Below, one piece after another: positions 10,294 through 18,982 of a stretch of DNA of 64,000 bases (the stretch's first letter is position 1; the number at the start of each line of letters is the position of its first letter). The stretch is from an uncultured Bacillota bacterium. GTDB taxonomy: Bacteria; Bacillota_I; Bacilli_A; RF39; UBA660. The translations under genes and the position numbers were made by a program. The stretch lies in contig CAJLEF010000004.1 of the NCBI GenBank assembly GCA_905205665.1, positions 15,582 through 79,581 of the forward strand, written 5' to 3'. The notes under the pieces are model-generated. The model was given only the letters and a program-made list of their open reading frames with translations. It was not told where the DNA came from and did not search any database.

Positions 10294-11055
10294 ATGTTTA
10301 CAATTTCTGATTTACACGTTAAAGCCGATGACAAAGAGATTTTAAAAGGTTTTAATTTAACAATAAATGAAGCCGAGACTCATATTTTAATGGGACCAAA
10401 TGGGGCTGGCAAAAGTACAGTTTGTAAAAGTATTTTACATCATCCTCATTATGAAATAACATCTGGTCATATTAGTTATCAAGGTAAAGATTTAACAAAT
10501 TCTTTAACCGATGAAGTAGCGAAAAGTGGTATTTATTATATTAATCAAACACCAGTAGAAGTAGAAGGAATCAAAAATATGGAATTATTCCGAACTGCTT
10601 TGATGGCAAAGGGGGAAAAAGTAGATATTTTTTCTTTTAAAAAGAAATGTAATGCCATTTGTGAAAAATTAAAAATGGATCCATCCTTTTTAACTCGTAA
10701 CGTCAATGAAGGTATGAGTGGTGGGGAAAGAAAGAAAAACGAACTTTTTGGTATGTGGCTTTTAAAACCATCTTTAATTTTATTAGATGAAGTGGATTCT
10801 GGGTTAGATGTGGATGCTATTAAAATTGTCGCTGCTAACTTAAAAGAATATCAAAAAGAGACAGGTGCTAGTTTACTTGTCATTACCCATCAACCTTCTT
10901 TAATTGAAAAACTAGAACCAGATCATGTTCATGTAATGAAAGATGGTAAAATTTTATTAGATGGAGATAAAAATCTTGCTTTTGATACTTTAAATAATGG
11001 CTTTTCCTCTTTATCATGGGCTGGTGTTATGACGGACGGTAGTCAAAATGAATAA
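10294..11055 (+). CDS. sufC: Fe-S cluster assembly ATPase SufC
   Basis: GPNGAGKST, NEGMSGGERKKNE and LLDEVDSGLDVDA motifs; suf operon context. Confidence 0.9.
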   Translation: MFTISDLHVKADDKEILKGFNLTINEAETHILMGPNGAGKSTVCKSILHHPHYEITSGHISYQGKDLTNSLTDEVAKSGIYYINQTPVEVEGIKNMELFRTALMAKGEKVDIFSFKKKCNAICEKLKMDPSFLTRNVNEGMSGGERKKNELFGMWLLKPSLILLDEVDSGLDVDAIKIVAANLKEYQKETGASLLVITHQPSLIEKLEPDHVHVMKDGKILLDGDKNLAFDTLNNGFSSLSWAGVMTDGSQNE

Positions 11056-11683
11056 AATAATATGTAACACGGAAGAAATGTTAAAGGGGCATTATGAAAC
11101 GCTTATTCTAAAAGAAATTAATTCTAAAATCCATATTACAGAAGATACTACAGTCGATAATCTTGTCTTTGAAGTAGATAATTTCGATGTTCATTTTATT
11201 TTTGAAGACAACGTTAAGTTTTCTTTAAAAAGTATTTTAGATGTTAAAAATATTTCTGGAAAAATTCACTTAGAAGTTAATCATAAAAATGAGATTTATT
11301 TTGGCCTTGGCATTAAATCCTTTAGCCAAAACAAATTAGATGTACTAACTGATATGATTGGAAATGACAGTAATTGTGAAGTGAAAATTAGAATCGTGGG
11401 CGAAACCAACAGCAAGATGGTCATGAAAACAAGTGGCAATTTACCCAAGAACACTAAAAACAACACGTTTGTAGAAGATGTTAAATATTTGTTTGATGAA
11501 GACTCTTATATTGAAGTCTTACCAGAGCTTTATGTTTTTTCAAACGATGTTTTAGCTAACCATAATATGAGTGTAGGTAAAATAAGTGAAGAAGAATTGT
11601 TTTATTTAGAAAGCAAAGGGTTGAATGAAACAATGGCCCAAGATATTTACCGTGAGGGATTTATAAACAGTATAAAAATGTAA
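11048..11683 (+). CDS. sufD: Short SufB/SufD-family protein (211 aa)
   Basis: The C-terminal EEELFYLESKGLNETMAQDIYREGF matches the conserved SufB/D C-terminus. It overlaps the sufC stop by 8 nt. Confidence 0.6.
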   Translation: MNKIICNTEEMLKGHYETLILKEINSKIHITEDTTVDNLVFEVDNFDVHFIFEDNVKFSLKSILDVKNISGKIHLEVNHKNEIYFGLGIKSFSQNKLDVLTDMIGNDSNCEVKIRIVGETNSKMVMKTSGNLPKNTKNNTFVEDVKYLFDEDSYIEVLPELYVFSNDVLANHNMSVGKISEEELFYLESKGLNETMAQDIYREGFINSIKM

Positions 11684-11697
11684 AGGGGGACTAACTT

Positions 11698-12894
11698 ATG
11701 AATAGAAACGATTTTCCTATGTTATTAAATGATTATATTTATTTAGATAATGGGGCGACAACTTTAAAACCTAAATGTGTTATTGATAAAGTGGTAGATT
11801 ATTACCAAAATTATTCTGCTAATGCTCATCGAGGTGATTATGATATTTCTTTTAAAGTTGATGAAGAATATGAAAAGGCAAGAGAGAGTGTTCGTAGATT
11901 CATTAATGCGAAAGATAGAGAAAGTATTATTTTTACGAGCGGTTCTACGGAAAGCTTAAATATGATTGCTACAGGTTTTTTTAAAAAGTTTTTAGAGCCA
12001 GGAGATGAAATTTTAATTACTAAAAGTGAACATGCTTCTAATGTTTTACCTTGGTTTCGTTTACAAAATGAACTAGGTGTCGTCGTTAAATATATTCCTT
12101 TGGATGATAACCATTATGTAACGGTGGATAACTTTTTAAAAGTAGTGACACCTAAAACGAAAGTGGTTTCTTTAGCCGCTATGACAAATGTTATCGGGGA
12201 TGAAAGACCTATTAAGGAAATTACTAAACTTGCTCATGAAAGAAATATTTTTGTAGTCGTAGATGGAGCCCAAAGTGTTCCTCATCAAAAAACCGATGTC
12301 ACTTTATCAGATATTGATTTCCTAGCCTTTTCAGGACATAAAATGTGTGGTCCAACGGGTATTGGGGTTTTATATGGTAAAAAAGAACTTTTAGAAGAAA
12401 TGGAACCTATTAATTTAGGTGGGGGCATGAATGAATCTTTTGATAGTCCAAGTGAAATATATTTAAAAGAATTACCAACGAGATTAGAAGCTGGCACCCC
12501 TCATATTGAAGCAGCGATTGGTTTAGGAGAAGCTATTAACTACTTAGAAAGTATTGGCATGGAAAAAATAAGTGCTTATGAAAAGGAATTACGTAAATAT
12601 GCCTTAGATAAAATGCTTCAGATTCCTCATTTAGATATTTTGAATATAGAATCTGACGGAGGAATTATTTCCTTCAATGTCCAAGGCATTTTTAGCCAAG
12701 ATGTTGCTTACTACTTAAACAAATATAAAGTTTGTGTAAGAGCTGGCAATCATTGTGCTAAGATTTTAAAAAATGAAGTTGGGGTAAAAAACAGTTTAAG
12801 AATGAGTCTTTATTTTTACAACACTAAAGAAGAAATTGATAATTTATGTGAATTATTAGAAGATATAGAAAAGATTAAGAAAGAGATGATTTAA
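11698..12894 (+). CDS. sufS: Cysteine desulfurase SufS
   Basis: Class V aminotransferase with PLP-lysine context SGHKMCGPTGIG and catalytic Cys in RAGNHCA. Confidence 0.9.
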   Translation: MNRNDFPMLLNDYIYLDNGATTLKPKCVIDKVVDYYQNYSANAHRGDYDISFKVDEEYEKARESVRRFINAKDRESIIFTSGSTESLNMIATGFFKKFLEPGDEILITKSEHASNVLPWFRLQNELGVVVKYIPLDDNHYVTVDNFLKVVTPKTKVVSLAAMTNVIGDERPIKEITKLAHERNIFVVVDGAQSVPHQKTDVTLSDIDFLAFSGHKMCGPTGIGVLYGKKELLEEMEPINLGGGMNESFDSPSEIYLKELPTRLEAGTPHIEAAIGLGEAINYLESIGMEKISAYEKELRKYALDKMLQIPHLDILNIESDGGIISFNVQGIFSQDVAYYLNKYKVCVRAGNHCAKILKNEVGVKNSLRMSLYFYNTKEEIDNLCELLEDIEKIKKEMI

Positions 12895-13329
12895 ATGGAT
12901 GAAGAAACAAGAAGAGAAATAATTCTAGAACATTATATGCAACCACTTCATAAACATAAAACTGATGATACTTCTTATGAAATGGTTAATACCAATAATT
13001 CTTCTTGTATTGATAATTTAGACATTTATGTTCAAATTAAAGATAATAAAATAAATGATATTTGTTTTGAAGGAGAGGCTTGTGCTATTTCAACATCATC
13101 TACTTCCATTATGATTCGTAATCTAATCGGTAAAACGATTGATGAGGCTTTAAATTACATTGAAAACTTTGAAAATATGCTAAATGAAAAGCCATACGAT
13201 GAAAATATTTTAGAAGAAGGACTTGTTTATCAAGAAATTTATAAACAAGGAAATCGTAAGCACTGTGCTTATCTTCCTTATGAAGGTATTAAAAAAGTGT
13301 TATTACACGAAAAAGAGAAGACAAAATAG
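12895..13329 (+). CDS. sufU: SufU/IscU-like sulfur acceptor protein
   Basis: NifU N-terminal-like, with Cys residues in NSSCID, GEACAIS and KHCAYL. It directly follows sufS. Confidence 0.8.
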   Translation: MDEETRREIILEHYMQPLHKHKTDDTSYEMVNTNNSSCIDNLDIYVQIKDNKINDICFEGEACAISTSSTSIMIRNLIGKTIDEALNYIENFENMLNEKPYDENILEEGLVYQEIYKQGNRKHCAYLPYEGIKKVLLHEKEKTK

Positions 13330-13394
13330 CGAGTATTTTGTTTTTTCTTGCCTTTTAAAAAATTACTTATATAATATTTGTGAGGTTGGTAATA

Positions 13395-14171
13395 ATGAAT
13401 TTACAATATTTTAAACATAATTACACTTATATTACACATAATGGAGAAATAAATAATCTATCACCGCAGGCTTATCATGAAACAGATTTAATGAATTTAT
13501 TTATCCTATGCTTTTTGAAAGGCTTTGTTGTTGTAGAGCATGATGGCAATTTAGATGATCCTAAAACATGGAATGTTCTAATGCAGATTCCGAGTGAAAT
13601 ATCTTTAGCTCAACAATCCATCGTGTTAAATATTTTAAAAAATAAAAATTATTTTCAAATTTTTAAAGTTTCAGCATGTCCTGGAGATTATTATTATGAA
13701 CATTTTTCTAAGAATTGTGACGGGAGTTATTATAAACCTAGTTATCCTAACTTTCCTGAATTAGATTTATCATTACAAAATATTATTTTTAGTTCAGGTA
13801 TTATAGCTACAATGAATAATCAAGTAGTTATAGATATAGAAAATTGTGATCTATTAGCAAGTTTAAAAATGTTATGTAATAGTTCCTTTTCTTCTGTAGA
13901 AGAAGGTATTTATTACATTTGGGAAAATGGTGGTTGTATTTTTTCACGTGATGACGGAAAAGCTAATAATCGAATTTGTTTATTGCCAGACGAAACAGAT
14001 TATTACTCACGAATGATTTTAAGTTATTTTATTAGTCATAAAATGTTAGGCTATATAGGTTATCAAAATATGAATTATGAACTTAGCAAATTTCCAAAGT
14101 TTTTAGAAGATATTAATTTAAGTACAGAACGCGATATGACACGTGCTATTAGAAAAAACAATTTGTTGTGA
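13395..14171 (+). CDS. Hypothetical protein (about 258 aa)
   Basis: Long ORF with no recognisable motif. It occupies the position where sufB sits in Bacillus-type suf operons but shows no SufB-like sequence. Confidence 0.45.
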   Translation: MNLQYFKHNYTYITHNGEINNLSPQAYHETDLMNLFILCFLKGFVVVEHDGNLDDPKTWNVLMQIPSEISLAQQSIVLNILKNKNYFQIFKVSACPGDYYYEHFSKNCDGSYYKPSYPNFPELDLSLQNIIFSSGIIATMNNQVVIDIENCDLLASLKMLCNSSFSSVEEGIYYIWENGGCIFSRDDGKANNRICLLPDETDYYSRMILSYFISHKMLGYIGYQNMNYELSKFPKFLEDINLSTERDMTRAIRKNNLL

Positions 14172-14224
14172 AATTTGGAAAATATTAGTATAATTAGAGA
14201 GATTTAGGAAGTAGGAGGTTAATT

Positions 14225-15631
14225 ATGAATTTACCGAATTTAAAAGAAGCTAAAAAAAGAGATGAAAAAGAAGTTTTATATATTAATCAACAATTAAGTG
14301 GTAATAATTCTTTTGCCGGGAAAAAATATTTTTTAAGAACATACGGTTGTCAAATGAATGAACACGATTCTGAAGAAATCGAAGGTATTTTAGAATATTT
14401 AGGAATGACTCCAACAGAAGAAATGGAAAGTGCAGATGTTATTGTTTTAAATACTTGTGCTATTAGAGAAAATGCCCATGATAAAGTATTTGGGTACTTA
14501 GGAAGAGTAAAACACTTAAAAAAAGAAAGACCTGATGTTATCTTAGCTATCGGAGGCTGTATGAGCCAAGAAGAAAAAATAGTTTCCGAAATAAAAGAAA
14601 GACATCCTTATGTCAATATTGTTTTTGGAACACATAATATTCATGAACTTGGTGAATATCTTTTAGATTGTGCTTCATCTAAACAAGATATTGAAGTCTT
14701 TAGTAAACAAGGAGATGTCATTGAAAACATCCGTTATAAAAGAGCTAGTCGTATCAATGCTTGGGTAAATATTATTTATGGTTGCGATAAATTTTGTACT
14801 TATTGTATAGTACCTTATACAAGAGGTAAAGAACGTTCTAGAAAATTAGAAGAAATTGTTAAAGAAGTAGAAAAGTTAAAAGAAGATGGGTATCAAGAAG
14901 TAACCTTATTAGGACAAAATGTTAATGCTTATGGTCATGATTTAAAAGAAAATGTGTTATTTTCTGATTTACTAGAAGCTGTTGCTAAAACAGGTATTCC
15001 AAGAATACGTTTTGTTACTAGTCATCCTTGGAATTTTACTGATAAAATGATTGAAGTAATTAGTAAATATGATAACATTATGCCTTATATTCATTTACCT
15101 ATTCAAAGCGGTTCTTCAAGAATTTTAAAACTTATGGGCCGAAGATACACCAAAGAAGAATACTTAGAACTTTTCCATAAAATGAAAGAACAAATTCCAA
15201 ATGTAGCTATTACCACAGATATTATTGTTGGTTTTCCTGGTGAAACCGAAGACGATTTTAAAGATACTTTAGACATCGTCGAAGAATGTCAATTTGATGG
15301 GGCCTATACTTTTATCTTTAGTCCAAGAGAGGGTACACCTGCTAGTCTTATGAAAGACGAGACTCCTTTAAAAGAAAAAGAAGAAAGATTATATCGTTTG
15401 AATGAAAGAGTAAATTATTATTCTAAGAAAAATAATGAAAAACTACTTGGTAAAGTCGTTTCTGTTCTTGTGCTTGGCGTAAGTGAAAAAGATAGTACAA
15501 AAGTCTATGGTTATACTGATACCATGAAACTTGTAAATATTAAAGCTCCAACAGACACGATTGGTAAAATTGTTAATGTTAAGATTACTGATGCTAAAAG
15601 TTTTAGTTTAGATGGTGAATTAGTTGTTTAA
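14225..15631 (+). CDS. miaB: tRNA-i6A37 methylthiotransferase MiaB (radical SAM)
   Basis: N-terminal TYGCQMNEHDSE, radical SAM cluster GCDKFCTYCIVP, and a C-terminal TRAM-like domain. Confidence 0.88.
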   Translation: MNLPNLKEAKKRDEKEVLYINQQLSGNNSFAGKKYFLRTYGCQMNEHDSEEIEGILEYLGMTPTEEMESADVIVLNTCAIRENAHDKVFGYLGRVKHLKKERPDVILAIGGCMSQEEKIVSEIKERHPYVNIVFGTHNIHELGEYLLDCASSKQDIEVFSKQGDVIENIRYKRASRINAWVNIIYGCDKFCTYCIVPYTRGKERSRKLEEIVKEVEKLKEDGYQEVTLLGQNVNAYGHDLKENVLFSDLLEAVAKTGIPRIRFVTSHPWNFTDKMIEVISKYDNIMPYIHLPIQSGSSRILKLMGRRYTKEEYLELFHKMKEQIPNVAITTDIIVGFPGETEDDFKDTLDIVEECQFDGAYTFIFSPREGTPASLMKDETPLKEKEERLYRLNERVNYYSKKNNEKLLGKVVSVLVLGVSEKDSTKVYGYTDTMKLVNIKAPTDTIGKIVNVKITDAKSFSLDGELVV

Positions 15632-15656
15632 ATTGCGAGAAATTGCAATTTTTTTC
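15630..15656 (+). terminator. Rho-independent terminator after miaB
   Basis: AATTGC-gagaaatt-GCAATT stem followed by T5. Confidence 0.55.
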
Positions 15657-15775
15657 ATGTTGATATATCTATTGCTTATCCAAAATATCTTTTATATACT
15701 TATTTTGTTTGAGAAATATTCTTTTCTTCGACAAGAAAATAGTTTGTTTTATGGTACTCTTTAAAAGAGGCAAAT

Positions 15776-16204
15776 ATGAAAAAGAAAATTTTGATAATTT
15801 TAATGGCTATTGTCGTTGGAGCAGTCCTTGCTCTTCCTACTTTATCTATGGCTTCGAAAGATAGCTCAAAAAAAGAAAATATGTTTGTATTGCAGTTAGG
15901 AATATTTAAAAATTATGATAATGCATTCGAAAAAAAGCAAAGTGTCAAAGGCTCAATTATTTATCAAAATAAAGATGTTTATTATGTGTTAGCTGGTATT
16001 TCTAAAGAGGAAACGAGTCTTTATAAAATTGAAGAGTATTTAAAAAAGGAAAATATTTCTTATTATAAAAAACAAATGATTATTTCTTATGATGCTGATA
16101 ACTTAGAAAAATATAATTTACTGTTGCAAAAAACGAGTGATGTAGAGACCATTAAAACATTAAACGAAAAAGTATTGAAAGAAGTGGTGAAAAATGAGCT
16201 TTAA
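15776..16204 (+). CDS. Membrane-anchored SPOR-like domain protein
   Basis: Signal/anchor helix, then FVLQLGIFKNYDNAFEKKQSV...VYYVLAGIS, which resembles the SPOR fold pattern. Confidence 0.4.
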   Translation: MKKKILIILMAIVVGAVLALPTLSMASKDSSKKENMFVLQLGIFKNYDNAFEKKQSVKGSIIYQNKDVYYVLAGISKEETSLYKIEEYLKKENISYYKKQMIISYDADNLEKYNLLLQKTSDVETIKTLNEKVLKEVVKNEL

Positions 16205-16874
16205 GATTAAAGAATTACCTGAGGAAGAAAAACCAAGAGAAAAGGCTATTTTACGAGGTGTTGAAAACTTAACAATTCCCGAGCTTATTGCCATCATTAT
16301 TAAGACTGGTAGTAAAGAAGAATCGGCGAAAGACTTGGGTGTAAGACTCTATAATGAACTTGGCTGTGTAGAAGGTCTAAGAAATTTACGGCTATCTAAC
16401 TTAACTCGTTTAAAGGGCATTGGAAAAACTAAAGCTATTTCATTAATGGCAGCCATTGAACTTGGTAAAAAAATAAATGTTAATAATATAACAGGTTTAA
16501 AGAAAATTCATGAAACAAAAGATGTATATTTTTATTATGGTTCTTACTTTTTATTTGAGGAACAGGAAAAATTACTTGCTCTTTTTTTAAACAGCAAAAA
16601 TGAAGTTATTAAAGAGAAAATAATTTTTATGGGGACGGCTAATCAAAGTATTGTTCATCCAAGAGATATTTTTAAAGAAGCAATCTTAAACAACGCTATC
16701 AAAATAATAATTGTGCATAATCATCCTAGTGGTAATGTAACTCCTAGTTTGGAAGATAAAAAGTTTACCCAAAAGTTAAAAGAAGCAGGAGAGCTTCTTT
16801 CCATACCTATATTAGATCATATTATTATAGGGAATAATACTTATTTTAGTTTTTTAGAACAAAATCTTTTGTAA
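16194..16874 (+). CDS. radC: RadC-family JAMM protein
   Basis: HhH-like N-terminus (GIGKTKAISL) and the JAMM motif HNHPSG. Confidence 0.85.
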   Translation: MSFKIKELPEEEKPREKAILRGVENLTIPELIAIIIKTGSKEESAKDLGVRLYNELGCVEGLRNLRLSNLTRLKGIGKTKAISLMAAIELGKKINVNNITGLKKIHETKDVYFYYGSYFLFEEQEKLLALFLNSKNEVIKEKIIFMGTANQSIVHPRDIFKEAILNNAIKIIIVHNHPSGNVTPSLEDKKFTQKLKEAGELLSIPILDHIIIGNNTYFSFLEQNLL

Positions 16875-16935
16875 AAGATTGACTTTACATTTTTAATTTA
16901 GATATAATCTTGATGTTTTAGAAAGAAGTTTATTT

Positions 16936-17373
16936 ATGAAGTATAAGAAAATAACCGCATGGGTTTTATTTGTTTTTTGGTTAATTTTAATTTTCTATTT
17001 TTCTAATCAACCGGGAAGTGTTAGTAGTGATTTATCCAATAATGTCTTAAAGACTATTTTAAATAATTTAGCTGTTTCTAATTTTAATATTTTGGTAAGT
17101 ATTTTAAGAAAGCTAGCTCATTTTACCGAATATTTCATTTTAAGTATTTTAACTTTAAACTTATTGAAGCAATATCGTAAAGTTGAAGCTTGGGAGTTTA
17201 TGCTTGTCATGCTTTTTTGCTTTTTCTATGCTTGTACCGACGAATTTCATCAATTGTTCGTTGAAAACCGTGGTTCTTCTTTTTTAGATGTTTTACTAGA
17301 TTATACGGGAAGCTTACTTTATTTAACTTTAAATGGTTTTATTAGAAATTTAAAAGGAGATAAGATTGATTAA
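16936..17373 (+). CDS. VanZ-family membrane protein
   Basis: Four TM segments with KLAHFTEYFILS and DEFHQ motifs. Confidence 0.7.
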   Translation: MKYKKITAWVLFVFWLILIFYFSNQPGSVSSDLSNNVLKTILNNLAVSNFNILVSILRKLAHFTEYFILSILTLNLLKQYRKVEAWEFMLVMLFCFFYACTDEFHQLFVENRGSSFLDVLLDYTGSLLYLTLNGFIRNLKGDKID

Positions 17374-17424
17374 AAAATAAAATAGCATTATAATAAACCC
17401 TATAATTATTTGAGGGAGATTTAT

Positions 17425-18015
17425 ATGACAAGTGGAGATTGGAAAAAAGAATTCACGGAAGATATTAAAAAAATTGAATTTGCTTTACGTCATCCTAAGT
17501 ATGCCAATTTTAAAGTTAATAATCGTTTGCAATTAATAAAATTTTTACGAAAGTTAAATAAATTATGGCCATATTTTTTTACATCCGCTTTTATTTTTGA
17601 ATGTCAACATGCCTTTAAAGTAACGCCTTTTATTTTTGATGATCGTGTAGAGCCTGAGATAAAGATAGAAAAAATAAATAAAAATATTCTTGATTATCCT
17701 TATGAATTGATTTTTGAAGATTTAAAAAAAGAAGGCAAAGAATCTCTCGGAGAAAATATTTTATGGACAGGTTTTTATTTTATCAGTTTTTTCTACAGTG
17801 GTTATCTTTTAAGTTTATGGTATAGTACCCGTTATGGGGAGGCAATCGAAGGAAGCTTAACCGCGGAGATGAATTATGCTTTAGAATATCAAAAAGAACA
17901 GTATGAACTTTTAAAAGAATTATTAGAAATCAAGAAAAATGATTTACAATTATTTGAAAATAACGGCGAGGTAGAAAAGGAATTTTCTTTAAAAAGGAGA
18001 AATTCTGATGAGTAA
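17425..18015 (+). CDS. Hypothetical two-TM membrane protein
   Basis: GAGGGAG Shine-Dalgarno precedes the ATG at 17425. Its stop overlaps the start of the next gene by 8 nt. Confidence 0.45.
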   Translation: MTSGDWKKEFTEDIKKIEFALRHPKYANFKVNNRLQLIKFLRKLNKLWPYFFTSAFIFECQHAFKVTPFIFDDRVEPEIKIEKINKNILDYPYELIFEDLKKEGKESLGENILWTGFYFISFFYSGYLLSLWYSTRYGEAIEGSLTAEMNYALEYQKEQYELLKELLEIKKNDLQLFENNGEVEKEFSLKRRNSDE

Positions 18016-18958
18016 TCTATCTAAATTAAAGGGAATCAAATTGAAAGAAATGCTAAACGAAGTCGAGAAATTTCCTTTTTTATATCGGGAACTTTTAAAT
18101 TTTAAAACGGATATTTCTATGGGAATAGAAATAGAAGTTGAAAAAGCAAAAGTTTATCCCTTGGCAGATTTTTTGAAAAATTATCCGGGATGGATAATGA
18201 AAAACGACACCTCTTTAACAAGAGGGATAGAAATTAATACTCCTATCATGTATAACCGTAAAAAAGATTGGCAAAATTTAAAAGAAGTTTTACAAGAGCT
18301 ACAAAAAGAGAAAGTAAATCCATATATTCATGCTGGAACACATTTTCATATTGGGGTACCTATTTTAGGAAATGATCTAGAGGCTTGGCAAAATTTTTTA
18401 TTGATGTATGCTCATTATGAAGATATTATGACTCGCTTTTTTTATGGAGAACGTGTAAAAGAAAGAATGACTTTTAAAGAATATAGTAGTCCTATCGCGC
18501 CACTATTAAGTAACTCAGTAGATAAAATAATTACTTTACCTTTTGTTGGAAAAGTTATGTCTTTTTTTCCTTATACTCACGGAAATGCTCTTTGTTTATA
18601 CAATGTTATGTTTGATGCTTTAAATACTAATAAAGTGCGTAATACAATTGAGTTTAGAAGTCCAAATGGAACGATAAATGAAGTGATATGTCAAAATAAT
18701 GTAAATACAGGTGTTTGTTTTTTACAGGCTGCTAAAACGGGTAAGGTAGATCGAGAATATTTAGAATATCAACTAAAAACGCACCCTGTAACAGAAGCGA
18801 AAACCTTATTATATCGTTATATTAATTTAAGCAAAGCTTTAGAATTTTGTGATTTAGTGTTCGAAGAAGATATTGATAAAATGTATTTTTTGAAACAATA
18901 CTTAAAAGATTATCAAGAAAATAGAGGAACTTTTTTAGAAAGAAAAATCAAATTTTAG
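18008..18958 (+). CDS. Putative glutamine-synthetase-like amidoligase (Amidoligase_2-type)
   Basis: The ordered motifs GIEIEVE, DTSLTRGIEINTP, AGTHFHIG and IEFRSPNGT match my recollection of the amidoligase family pattern. Confidence 0.5.
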   Translation: MSNLSKLKGIKLKEMLNEVEKFPFLYRELLNFKTDISMGIEIEVEKAKVYPLADFLKNYPGWIMKNDTSLTRGIEINTPIMYNRKKDWQNLKEVLQELQKEKVNPYIHAGTHFHIGVPILGNDLEAWQNFLLMYAHYEDIMTRFFYGERVKERMTFKEYSSPIAPLLSNSVDKIITLPFVGKVMSFFPYTHGNALCLYNVMFDALNTNKVRNTIEFRSPNGTINEVICQNNVNTGVCFLQAAKTGKVDREYLEYQLKTHPVTEAKTLLYRYINLSKALEFCDLVFEEDIDKMYFLKQYLKDYQENRGTFLERKIKF

Positions 18959-18982
18959 CATAAACTTTAACGGGTGAGATCA

